Of a DNA stretch of 64,000 nt, positions 9,415 through 17,868 are shown piece by piece. The DNA lies in contig OY759974.1 of NCBI GenBank assembly GCA_963662945.1, positions 800,001-864,000 of the forward strand, read 5' to 3'. How positions within the stretch are numbered: position 1 is the stretch's first letter; every line of letters begins with the position of its first letter. The notes under the pieces were generated by a model. It was not told the origin of the DNA, ran no database searches, and saw only the letters and a program-made list of their open reading frames with translations. Source of the stretch: Arcobacteraceae bacterium. GTDB lineage: Bacteria > Campylobacterota > Campylobacteria > Campylobacterales > Arcobacteraceae. Made by a program: the position numbers and the translations under genes.

Positions 9415-11754
9415 ATGAATCTAAACTCTATAAATAAAAAAATAGGGCTATCAGTAATTGCAATTGCATTAATTGCATTAATTGTTGGTTTTATAGTTTT
9501 AAGGTTTTATGCAAATAAAACAGAACAAAATGTCTACAGTGAAGTATCAACACTACTTAAACAAACAGTAGAACAAAAACTTAACTCAAAAAAAGCAGTT
9601 GGTATTTCAAATGCTGTTAGTATTGCAAATGATGGTAGAATTAAGAAAGCACTTAGAACAAATGATAGAAAATGGGCAATTGTAACATTAGGTTTTATTA
9701 GTGAAAAGATGAAAAAATCTACACCATTTAAAAATATTAAAGTACATGTTCACACAAAGGATAACAAATCATTTGTAAGAAGTTGGAAAACAGATAAACA
9801 TGGCGATGATTTAAGCTCATTTAGAGATAGTGTAGTAAAAGTAAATCAAACAAGTACTGCTGTAAATACTTTTGAAGTTGGAAAAGCTGGATTATCACTA
9901 CGGTCAGTTGCTTGTGTAATAGATGATGATGGAACACACTTAGGTTCTTTAGAGTTTATGCAAGGACTGAACTCTGTTGCCAAAAGTTTTGATAAATCAA
10001 AAGATGGTTTTTTACTTCTTATGGATGATAAGTTTTTAAAAGGTGAAGCAACAAATAGATTTAAAAACTATATAATATCACAAAATTTTATCAATAAAGA
10101 TTTTTTAACAGATGCTAATAGAATCGATATGAATAAACTTTTAAAAGAGAAACAATTTATGACAGATAAATTTTTCTACACTTATGTGGATATCAAAGAT
10201 TTCAATGATAAAAAGTTAGGAATAGCACTTGTTGGTTCACCTATGACAAAAGTTTCTCATGCAATTGAAGCTGCTAAAGAGATGATTAATGTTGCACTTA
10301 CTATTATTATCTTACTTGTCTTATTTATACTTATTGCTTTAATGATACTCTTAAAAAGAATTGTTATCTCTCCATTACATAGCTTAGAAAATGGATTATT
10401 AGGATTCTTTCAATATTTAAATAAAGAGGCAACTTCTGTTCAAGAGCTGCCTATACATTCAAATGATGAAATTGGTGTCATGGCAAATGTTATTAATGAA
10501 AACATTAATAAAACAAAAAATATTATAGACTCTGATAATAAGTTTTTACAAGAAGTTGAAGATATTATTCTTACAATTAAAAGTGGATTTTTAAATAAAA
10601 GACTTGAAAATAAACCAGCATCTGAGAACTTAGAAGAGTTAAGAAATCATATTAATGATATGCTTTTAAATCTTCAACTAAAAGTTTGTACAAATATTAA
10701 TGATTTAAGTGCTGCCCTTGAAAAATACTCTAAACTTGATTTTACACATAGAATTGAAGGTTGTAATAGTGAAGTAACGATGGGATTAAATAACCTTGCA
10801 AATATTATTAATGATATGCTAGTTGAAAATAAAGCTAATGGATTAACCTTAGGTGAAAGCTCAAATATATTATTAAAAAACGTAGATATCCTAAACCAAA
10901 ACTCAAATGAAGCAGCAGCAGCTTTAGAAGAAACAGCAGCAGCTTTAGAAGAGATTACAGGTAATATCTCTAGTAATACATCTAATATTGTACAAATGTC
11001 TAAACTAGCTTCAAATGTAACAGAATCAGCTTCAAGAGGTGAAGCTCTAGCAAATGAAACAACACAAGCTATGAATGAGATAGATAAAGAGGTAAATGCT
11101 ATTAATGAAGCAATTACTGTTATTGATCAAATTGCATTCCAAACAAATATTTTAAGTTTAAATGCAGCAGTTGAAGCTGCAACTGCAGGGGAAGCTGGAA
11201 AAGGATTTGCAGTAGTTGCTCAAGAAGTTAGAAACTTAGCTTCAAGAAGTGCTGAAGCAGCAAATGAGATTAAAGCTCTAGTTCAAAATGCAACAGAAAA
11301 AGCAAACAGTGGTAAAAAAATCTCAGATGAGATGATAAGTGGATATACAGCACTTAATGAAAACATCACTAAAACAATAGATTTAATAAAAGATGTAGAG
11401 ATGGCAAGTAAAGAACAACTTACAGGAATTGAACAAATCAATGATGCAGTTAACTCTTTAGACCAACAAACACAACAAAATGCAATGATAGCTTCTCAAA
11501 CTCATGATGTTGCCCTTGAAACTGATGCAATTGCTAAACTAGTAGTTAAAGATGCTAATAGTAAAAATTTTAGAGGTAAAGATAGTGTAAAAGCGAAAAA
11601 TATGAAAACTAATACTTCTTCTTCAAATACGATCAAAGCACAAGAAGTAAAACAAAAAAACTCAACAACTACAGTAAATACTAATTCAAAAATTCAAAAT
11701 AAAATCAAACCTATTGTATCAACTGACAGTGATGATGAGTGGGCAAGTTTCTAA
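9415..11754 (+). CDS. Methyl-accepting chemotaxis protein with a Cache-type periplasmic sensor
   Basis: Two TM helices; SFVRSW...GDDLSSFR...FEVGKAGL Cache-like region; MCP hairpin; EWASF. Confidence 0.95.
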   Translation: MNLNSINKKIGLSVIAIALIALIVGFIVLRFYANKTEQNVYSEVSTLLKQTVEQKLNSKKAVGISNAVSIANDGRIKKALRTNDRKWAIVTLGFISEKMKKSTPFKNIKVHVHTKDNKSFVRSWKTDKHGDDLSSFRDSVVKVNQTSTAVNTFEVGKAGLSLRSVACVIDDDGTHLGSLEFMQGLNSVAKSFDKSKDGFLLLMDDKFLKGEATNRFKNYIISQNFINKDFLTDANRIDMNKLLKEKQFMTDKFFYTYVDIKDFNDKKLGIALVGSPMTKVSHAIEAAKEMINVALTIIILLVLFILIALMILLKRIVISPLHSLENGLLGFFQYLNKEATSVQELPIHSNDEIGVMANVINENINKTKNIIDSDNKFLQEVEDIILTIKSGFLNKRLENKPASENLEELRNHINDMLLNLQLKVCTNINDLSAALEKYSKLDFTHRIEGCNSEVTMGLNNLANIINDMLVENKANGLTLGESSNILLKNVDILNQNSNEAAAALEETAAALEEITGNISSNTSNIVQMSKLASNVTESASRGEALANETTQAMNEIDKEVNAINEAITVIDQIAFQTNILSLNAAVEAATAGEAGKGFAVVAQEVRNLASRSAEAANEIKALVQNATEKANSGKKISDEMISGYTALNENITKTIDLIKDVEMASKEQLTGIEQINDAVNSLDQQTQQNAMIASQTHDVALETDAIAKLVVKDANSKNFRGKDSVKAKNMKTNTSSSNTIKAQEVKQKNSTTTVNTNSKIQNKIKPIVSTDSDDEWASF
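10882..11513 (+). repeat. Copy 2 of the ~630-bp near-identical repeat (MCP signalling domain)
   Basis: Long identical runs shared with 8386..9017. Confidence 0.9.
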
Positions 11755-11765
11755 AACTTGCCACA

Positions 11766-11939
11766 CTATTTGTTGTAAGGAATGAAACTATTTGGCATAT
11801 TAGCATCTACACTATTTTTTATCATTGTGTATCCAAGCCCAATAGCCAATAATCCAGCTATTACTAAATAAACAATTTTTCTTTTTTGTGGAGATTCTTT
11901 TCCATCATAATCTTCAATTTGACTTAATGTTGGTTCCAT
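11766..11939 (-). CDS. Small single-TM membrane protein (57 aa; absent from the ORF track)
   Basis: MEPTLSQIEDYDGKESPQKRKIVYLVIAGLLAIGLGYTMIKNSVDANMPNSFIPYNK; AAGGA RBS; TATAAT at 11971-11976 on the minus strand. Confidence 0.8.
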   Translation of the reverse strand: MEPTLSQIEDYDGKESPQKRKIVYLVIAGLLAIGLGYTMIKNSVDANMPNSFIPYNK

Positions 11940-11970
11940 TTTTATTTCCTTTTTTTAATTATTTATCCAA

Positions 11971-12002
11971 ATTATAAAATTTCTTTGTTAATCAGATGTT
12001 AA
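11971..12002 (-). promoter_or_regulatory. TTAACA direct-repeat promoter, copy A (drives the 57-aa gene)
   Basis: Minus strand TTAACA-TCTGA-TTAACA-N9-TATAAT. Confidence 0.75.
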
Positions 12003-12034
12003 TTAACGATTAATTAACATTCCTATACTACCAT
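12003..12034 (+). promoter_or_regulatory. TTAACA direct-repeat promoter, copy B (OprC-like receptor)
   Basis: TTAACG-ATTAA-TTAACA-N9-TACCAT. Confidence 0.7.
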
Positions 12035-12060
12035 TTTCATAAATTTTGAAAAGGAAAACA

Positions 12061-14073
12061 ATGCGAAAAAAAATAGTTTTATCAATGGCAGCTGCCCTTG
12101 TAATAAGTCTCCAAGCTGAAGATTTAGGTACTATAGAAGTACAAGAAGAAATAAATACAAAGGTTGTTGGTAACATAAGTACTGAGGAAGTTAAAAATGC
12201 AGATTTAGCAGAAGCTTTAGCAAAAAAATCTGCAAGTGTTTCTCTTATAAGAAGAAGTGGTATTGCAAATGATATCGTTCTTAGAGGTCAAAAAAGAGAC
12301 AATATCAAAGTAACTATTGATGATGGAATGGTTTGTGGAGCTTGTCCAAATAGAATGGATCCACCAACATCACATGTAATTACAACTATGGTTGATAGTG
12401 TAGAGATAAAAGAGGGACCATTTGATGTGACAGAATTTGGAACACTTAGTGGTGGAGTAAAAATTAAAACCGTAGAGCCAAAAGAAGGTTTACATGGAGA
12501 AATTGGTACAACTATTGGAAGTTATGGTTATAAAAAAGGTGTTGTAAGTGTATCTGGTGGAAATGATAAAATAAAAGCTTTATTTACATATTCAAAAGAA
12601 GAAAGTGATCAATATGAAGATGGCGATGGACATACATTAGCTGAACAAACTGCCTTAGTACAAAATCCTGCACAATATAATACTATGAATGATAATAGAT
12701 ATCTAGATGCTTATAAAGATATGAAAGCATATGAAAAAAGATCTATTATGGCAAAAGCAATTGCAAATATTACTGATTCACAAGAAGTTGAAATCAGTGC
12801 TACACAAAATCGAAGTGACGATATCCTTTATCCATCAAGTGGTATGGATGCACTTTACGATGATAGTAATCTTTATAATGTAAAATATACTGCTAGAGAC
12901 TTAGGGGATTTTTCAAAAAAATTAGAAATAAAAGCTTATAGAACAGATGTTGACCATCCTATGGCAATAGATTACAGAATAAAAAATAACTATGTGCCAG
13001 CAGGAAGTAAAGGATTGACAAATCACCTTACAACAGATGTTACTGGTGCAAAAATCATCAATACACTTGATGCTTTAAACAGAGAATTTACAATAGGTTT
13101 AGATACTAGTAATAGAAATTGGGATGGAGATTATTATAGTGACATTAATCCTTTTATAAGAAAAAGTATAAATGATACAGATACAATCAACAAGGCAATA
13201 TTTGTAAAATGTAAAAATCAATTAGATAAACTTACTCTAGAATTAGGTGTAAGATATGATAATACAACAGTTGACACAAATGGGGCAGATCAGGATAATA
13301 AATACACTGATTTCAGTGGAAATATTATGGCAACATATAATAGTGATGAAAATACAAAATATTTTATTGGATTAGGACAAGCTAGCCGTGTTCCAGATGC
13401 AAGAGAACTCTATTTTATAGCTTCTAATGGAACTAGTGTAGGTACTGAAACTTTAAATGCAACTACAAATAGAGAATTAGACTTCGGAACAGAGCATCAC
13501 TATAAAGATGGAAAAATAAAAGCAAAATTTTTCTATAGTGATTTACAAGATTATATCTATTATAGAAACACTGGTGCAGCAACAAATAAATTTGAAAATA
13601 TTGATGCTAAAATATATGGACTTGAACTTAGTGGTGCGTATTACATAAATGATCAGTTTACACTAGATGCCGGTTATACTTGGAAAAGAGGGAAAAAAGA
13701 CAACCCTATTGCAGGACAATCAGATAAAGACTTAGCAGATATTACACCACCAAAATTAACATTAGCACTTAATTATGACTATAATAATTATACAAATGCA
13801 ATGATAGAATTTATCAATGTATCATCATGGAAAAATTATGATAGTGACAATGGGGAGCAACATATTAATGGGTATAATGTAGTAAATATTAAAGCACAAA
13901 CAACAATTGCAAAAAACTTTGAAATTACTATAGGTATTGACAACCTTTTTGATAAAACTTATGCTGTTTCAAATACATATAGAGACTTAACTCTTTTAAG
14001 TGATGGTACAGAAGTAATGCTTCTTAACGAACCAGGAAGATATATCTACACAAGTTTAAAATATAAATTCTAA
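12061..14073 (+). CDS. TonB-dependent copper receptor, OprC/NosA-like
   Basis: Signal peptide; plug motif CGACPNRMDPP (CxxxM); barrel GMDA and DHPM (HxM); C-terminal YKF. Start taken at ATG 12061 after an AAGGA RBS. Confidence 0.85.
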   Translation: MRKKIVLSMAAALVISLQAEDLGTIEVQEEINTKVVGNISTEEVKNADLAEALAKKSASVSLIRRSGIANDIVLRGQKRDNIKVTIDDGMVCGACPNRMDPPTSHVITTMVDSVEIKEGPFDVTEFGTLSGGVKIKTVEPKEGLHGEIGTTIGSYGYKKGVVSVSGGNDKIKALFTYSKEESDQYEDGDGHTLAEQTALVQNPAQYNTMNDNRYLDAYKDMKAYEKRSIMAKAIANITDSQEVEISATQNRSDDILYPSSGMDALYDDSNLYNVKYTARDLGDFSKKLEIKAYRTDVDHPMAIDYRIKNNYVPAGSKGLTNHLTTDVTGAKIINTLDALNREFTIGLDTSNRNWDGDYYSDINPFIRKSINDTDTINKAIFVKCKNQLDKLTLELGVRYDNTTVDTNGADQDNKYTDFSGNIMATYNSDENTKYFIGLGQASRVPDARELYFIASNGTSVGTETLNATTNRELDFGTEHHYKDGKIKAKFFYSDLQDYIYYRNTGAATNKFENIDAKIYGLELSGAYYINDQFTLDAGYTWKRGKKDNPIAGQSDKDLADITPPKLTLALNYDYNNYTNAMIEFINVSSWKNYDSDNGEQHINGYNVVNIKAQTTIAKNFEITIGIDNLFDKTYAVSNTYRDLTLLSDGTEVMLLNEPGRYIYTSLKYKF

Positions 14074-14081
14074 TCAATAAC

Positions 14082-14100
14082 AAGAGGGGTTTCCCCTCTT
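14082..14100 (+). terminator. Hairpin/terminator after the receptor gene
   Basis: AAGAGGGG-TTT-CCCCTCTT. Confidence 0.7.
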
Positions 14101-14112
14101 AATAAAACCTCT

Positions 14113-14144
14113 TTAACACTTACTTAACATTTTTTTTGTAACAT
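14113..14144 (+). promoter_or_regulatory. TTAACA direct-repeat promoter, copy C (exbBD)
   Basis: TTAACA-CTTAC-TTAACA-N9-TAACAT. Confidence 0.75.
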
Positions 14145-14167
14145 ATCCAAAAATTTATGGAGAATTT

Positions 14168-14605
14168 ATGAATATAGAGTTATTAAAAGAGATTGTAGAT
14201 TATGGAATTATTGGCCTCTTAGGTTTTATGAGTTTTCTCTCATTTTGGCTTTATATAGAAAGACTTTTATTTTATAAAAATATCAATATCAAAAATTATG
14301 CAAAAAAAGAACAACTCGAAATAGAACTTACAAACAATATCTCAATTATCTCTTCATTTGGTTCAAATGCACCATATATTGGACTTCTTGGAACTGTCTT
14401 TGGTATCATTATCACATTTTACACTATGGGTCAAAGTGGAGATATAGATGTAAAAACTATTATGAGTTCTTTAGGTCTTGCACTTAAAGCTACAGCTATG
14501 GGTCTTCTTGTAGCAATACCAGCAATAATGTTTTATAATCATTTAACAAGAAAAATTGAAGTTAAACTAGCACTTTGGGATATGGAGTTTAAAAGTGCAG
14601 CTTAA
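14168..14605 (+). CDS. exbB: TonB system energizer ExbB
   Basis: NAPYIGLLGTVFGI...ALKATAMGLLVAIPA. Confidence 0.95.
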   Translation: MNIELLKEIVDYGIIGLLGFMSFLSFWLYIERLLFYKNINIKNYAKKEQLEIELTNNISIISSFGSNAPYIGLLGTVFGIIITFYTMGQSGDIDVKTIMSSLGLALKATAMGLLVAIPAIMFYNHLTRKIEVKLALWDMEFKSAA

Positions 14606-14975
14606 AAAGTTTGATTCTATAAATGTTGTACCATTTATAGATATTATGCTTGTACTTTTAGTCATTGTACTTACAACTGCATCTTTTGTAGCACGTGGCA
14701 TAATACCTGTAGACTTAAGTGAAGGAAAAAGTGCTCTAAAATTAACAGAACAAAAGATTATAACTATCACAATTAAAGACTCTGGAGAATTATTTCTAGA
14801 TAAAGAACTTACTACACATAAAAAAATTGAGGAAAAACTTTCACAACTTAAAACTTCAACACCTATTAGCATAAATTGTGATAAAAATGCAAAATTTGAG
14901 AACTTTGTTCAAGTCATTGATATCTTAAAATTAAAAAACTTCACAAATCTAAGTATTATTACAAAACAAGAATAA
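14595..14975 (+). CDS. exbD: TonB system protein ExbD
   Basis: INVVPFIDIMLVLLVI; overlaps the exbB stop. Confidence 0.95.
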   Translation: MQLKKFDSINVVPFIDIMLVLLVIVLTTASFVARGIIPVDLSEGKSALKLTEQKIITITIKDSGELFLDKELTTHKKIEEKLSQLKTSTPISINCDKNAKFENFVQVIDILKLKNFTNLSIITKQE

Positions 14976-14994
14976 TCTTATTTATAACTTAAAA

Positions 14995-15026
14995 TTAACA
15001 TCTAATTAACACTTCTTAGTTATTAT
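14995..15026 (+). promoter_or_regulatory. TTAACA direct-repeat promoter, copy D (receptor-DCCP operon)
   Basis: TTAACA-TCTAA-TTAACA-N9-TATTAT. Confidence 0.8.
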
Positions 15027-15052
15027 TCGCAAAAAATTGGGAATGAAAAAGG

Positions 15053-17185
15053 ATGTTAATGAATAACAAGATATGTATATCACTTATCTGTGCACTTGCA
15101 CTAAGTGGAAATGCAGCAGATTTGGGTACTATAAGTGTTGAATCTTCAACAATTGATGATAAATTTGAAAGTAAAAAAACTGAAGTTTCAAATACAGCAA
15201 TTATAACTTCTGAAGATGTAGAGAAAATTCATGCTACTAATGTTGAAAATATACTTAATACAATACCAGGAATTACAGCTTCAAATGTAGGAAATGATAG
15301 AGTTAAGATACACATAAGAGGTATAGATAACCAAATGTATATGGGTGAAAAACCAGGAGTTGCTGTTGTAATTGATGGTGTACCAGTACAAGAAACAACT
15401 GGTAAAATTAATCTAGACCTCGATAATATTGCTTCAATTAAAGTAATCAAAGGAAGTGCAAGTTACCTTTATGGGAATGATGCAATTGCAGGTGCAATAG
15501 TTATAACAACAAAAAGACCAAAAGGTTTAAGTAGTTCAAAATTAGAAACAGAACTTGGTAGTTTTGGATTTAAAAGAATATTAGCTGGAACAAATCAAAG
15601 TTTAGAAAATGGTGCTTTTCAACTACAAGGTACTATACGAGATAGTGATGGTTATTGGGATGATGCATATTTAAAACATAAATCAATTAATGGTAAATAT
15701 CAACACTATCTAAGCGAAACAAGTGATTTAACATTTGGAGCAGATTATACAAAACGAGAAACAGGAGATGGTTCAAGTGTACATGGAGAAACACAATCTA
15801 TACTTAATCCTAAAAGTGTTACTGAAGTTTCTTATGCTGGTTATTATGATACAACACTGATTAAAACTTTTCTAACCTATTCTAATGATATTGATGAGAA
15901 TTCAAATTTTATGGTAAATGTCTCAAGATATGAAGACGATACTACTAACCTTTCTGGATCGACAGATACTAATGGTGATAATATTAATGATGACCACAAA
16001 ACTATATCTGATGAAAAATGGATTCAAAATACATTTAAAAGTGAATATAGAAGGTCTTTTGAGAAAATTGCAATTATGACTGGTATAGATTTAGCAAGAA
16101 ATGAACAAAAGAATAAAAGTATTGCAAATTTAACTGTTGGTGGTTTTAGTCCTCAAACAAAAGGAGATATTACAGGTGATTCTAATAATAATGAAGATAT
16201 CAATGCCATATATTTTGAAGTACAAAACCAATTAACGAACAATTTAACTTCAACAATAAATTTTAGGCATGATAATATAAAATATGATTATAAAAATAAT
16301 CTTGATATGACTCTAAATACTGCACCATCATATGATGCAAATACCTATAGAGTAGGATTTAATTATAAATTAAGTGACACAGATAATATTTACACAAGTT
16401 ATGCAACAGGATTTAGAGCACCAACAGCAGAGCAAATAAGTGGAAATATTGATAAACTTCAAGCAAATCCAACATTTGATATTCCAACTACTCTTGATAT
16501 AGAAACTACGAAGAATATAGAACTAGGAATTAGAGGAGACATCTCATCATTAAAATATGATGCTTCTATTTATCAACTTGATAGAAAAGACTATTTAGGT
16601 GTAAGAGCTGGTTCTTATATTAGAGCTTCTGATGATAAAGCAGATTTAGCCGTAGATAATCTGGGAGATATGAGAAGTAGAGGATTTGAATTAGCTCTTA
16701 ATAGTGATAGAAAAAAAGCCATCTCATTTTCAACTGCTTATACATATTTAGATGCAAAATTTAAAGAATATTCATTAAAACAATTAGTTCAAGACAATGT
16801 TTTTCCAATAGCCGATGTTTATCAAACAGTTAATTTAGCAGGAAAAAGAGTACCTAGAACATCAAAACATACTTTAAATATCACTGTTGACTTTAGACCA
16901 ATTGATGGGCTTACAATATCGCCAGAACTTATAGCAAAAAGTAGTTACTATGCAGATGAATTAAACAAATTCAAACAACCTGGCTATGAAATTATAAATT
17001 TAAGATCAGAATATAAAATAAATAAATCTCTGGAAATTTTTGCTAAAATAGAAAACCTTTTAGATAAGAACTACAATCAGTTCGTAAATGTAAGCTCAAG
17101 TGATATTGCAAATAATATGGAAGATGCAACAATCCGTGTTGCACCACCTAGAGCATATTATGCTGGACTTAGATACAAGTTTTAA
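15053..17185 (+). CDS. TonB-dependent receptor, substrate unknown
   Basis: Signal peptide, plug IPGI...IRG...IDGVP...IKGSASYLYGNDAIAG, C-terminal RYKF. Confidence 0.93.
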   Translation: MLMNNKICISLICALALSGNAADLGTISVESSTIDDKFESKKTEVSNTAIITSEDVEKIHATNVENILNTIPGITASNVGNDRVKIHIRGIDNQMYMGEKPGVAVVIDGVPVQETTGKINLDLDNIASIKVIKGSASYLYGNDAIAGAIVITTKRPKGLSSSKLETELGSFGFKRILAGTNQSLENGAFQLQGTIRDSDGYWDDAYLKHKSINGKYQHYLSETSDLTFGADYTKRETGDGSSVHGETQSILNPKSVTEVSYAGYYDTTLIKTFLTYSNDIDENSNFMVNVSRYEDDTTNLSGSTDTNGDNINDDHKTISDEKWIQNTFKSEYRRSFEKIAIMTGIDLARNEQKNKSIANLTVGGFSPQTKGDITGDSNNNEDINAIYFEVQNQLTNNLTSTINFRHDNIKYDYKNNLDMTLNTAPSYDANTYRVGFNYKLSDTDNIYTSYATGFRAPTAEQISGNIDKLQANPTFDIPTTLDIETTKNIELGIRGDISSLKYDASIYQLDRKDYLGVRAGSYIRASDDKADLAVDNLGDMRSRGFELALNSDRKKAISFSTAYTYLDAKFKEYSLKQLVQDNVFPIADVYQTVNLAGKRVPRTSKHTLNITVDFRPIDGLTISPELIAKSSYYADELNKFKQPGYEIINLRSEYKINKSLEIFAKIENLLDKNYNQFVNVSSSDIANNMEDATIRVAPPRAYYAGLRYKF

Positions 17186-17199
17186 AAGAGTAAAATAAC

Positions 17200-17859
17200 T
17201 TGGAACTTACCCCATATCTCTCTATATTTCTTATAGGACTTAGTTTTGGAGCAACGGCATGCATGTTTTCATGTATGCCGTTTCTTACTCCAATATTGGT
17301 AAAGAGTTCTAACAATATTAAAGAATCTTTAGGTGTAATGATTCCTTTTAGTTTAGGAAGAATTTTCACTTATACCATGATTGCTATTTTAGCATTTGCA
17401 AGTTCTTTATTCATAAAAGAGCTTTTAAAAAACAATACACTTTTGAGTTATATTTTAGGAACAGTTACTATTATCTTAGGTTTCACAATGCTTTATAATA
17501 GCTATAAAAACAATAAAGGATGCGGTATCCATAAACCTATAGTAAAAGAACAAAGTTTTTCAAAACTAGGTTTTTTTACTATGGGTGCAACTATATCTAT
17601 AAATCTATGTACACCTGTAATTTCACTGATAACAGTTTCAAGTAGCACTACTACAATCTATTCAGCAATCGCTTTTGGAATAGCTTTTGGTGTTGGGGCT
17701 GTTTTATTTACACTGTTATTTTACGGATTTTTTTTCTCTACACTTATTAGAGGATTGCTTGAACAATTTAACCAGTATAAAAAACATGTAGAAGTTATAG
17801 CTTCACTGTTTTTAATACTTGTTGGTATTTTAATAATCAGTGGCAAGTTGTCACTATAA
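17200..17859 (+). CDS. DsbD_2/CcdA-like (TauE/UreH-like) multi-TM protein
   Basis: ACMFSCMP in TM1, LGRIFTY motif, later LCTP; about six TM helices; TTG start. Confidence 0.75.
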   Translation: MELTPYLSIFLIGLSFGATACMFSCMPFLTPILVKSSNNIKESLGVMIPFSLGRIFTYTMIAILAFASSLFIKELLKNNTLLSYILGTVTIILGFTMLYNSYKNNKGCGIHKPIVKEQSFSKLGFFTMGATISINLCTPVISLITVSSSTTTIYSAIAFGIAFGVGAVLFTLLFYGFFFSTLIRGLLEQFNQYKKHVEVIASLFLILVGILIISGKLSL

Positions 17860-17868
17860 AGGAACAAA

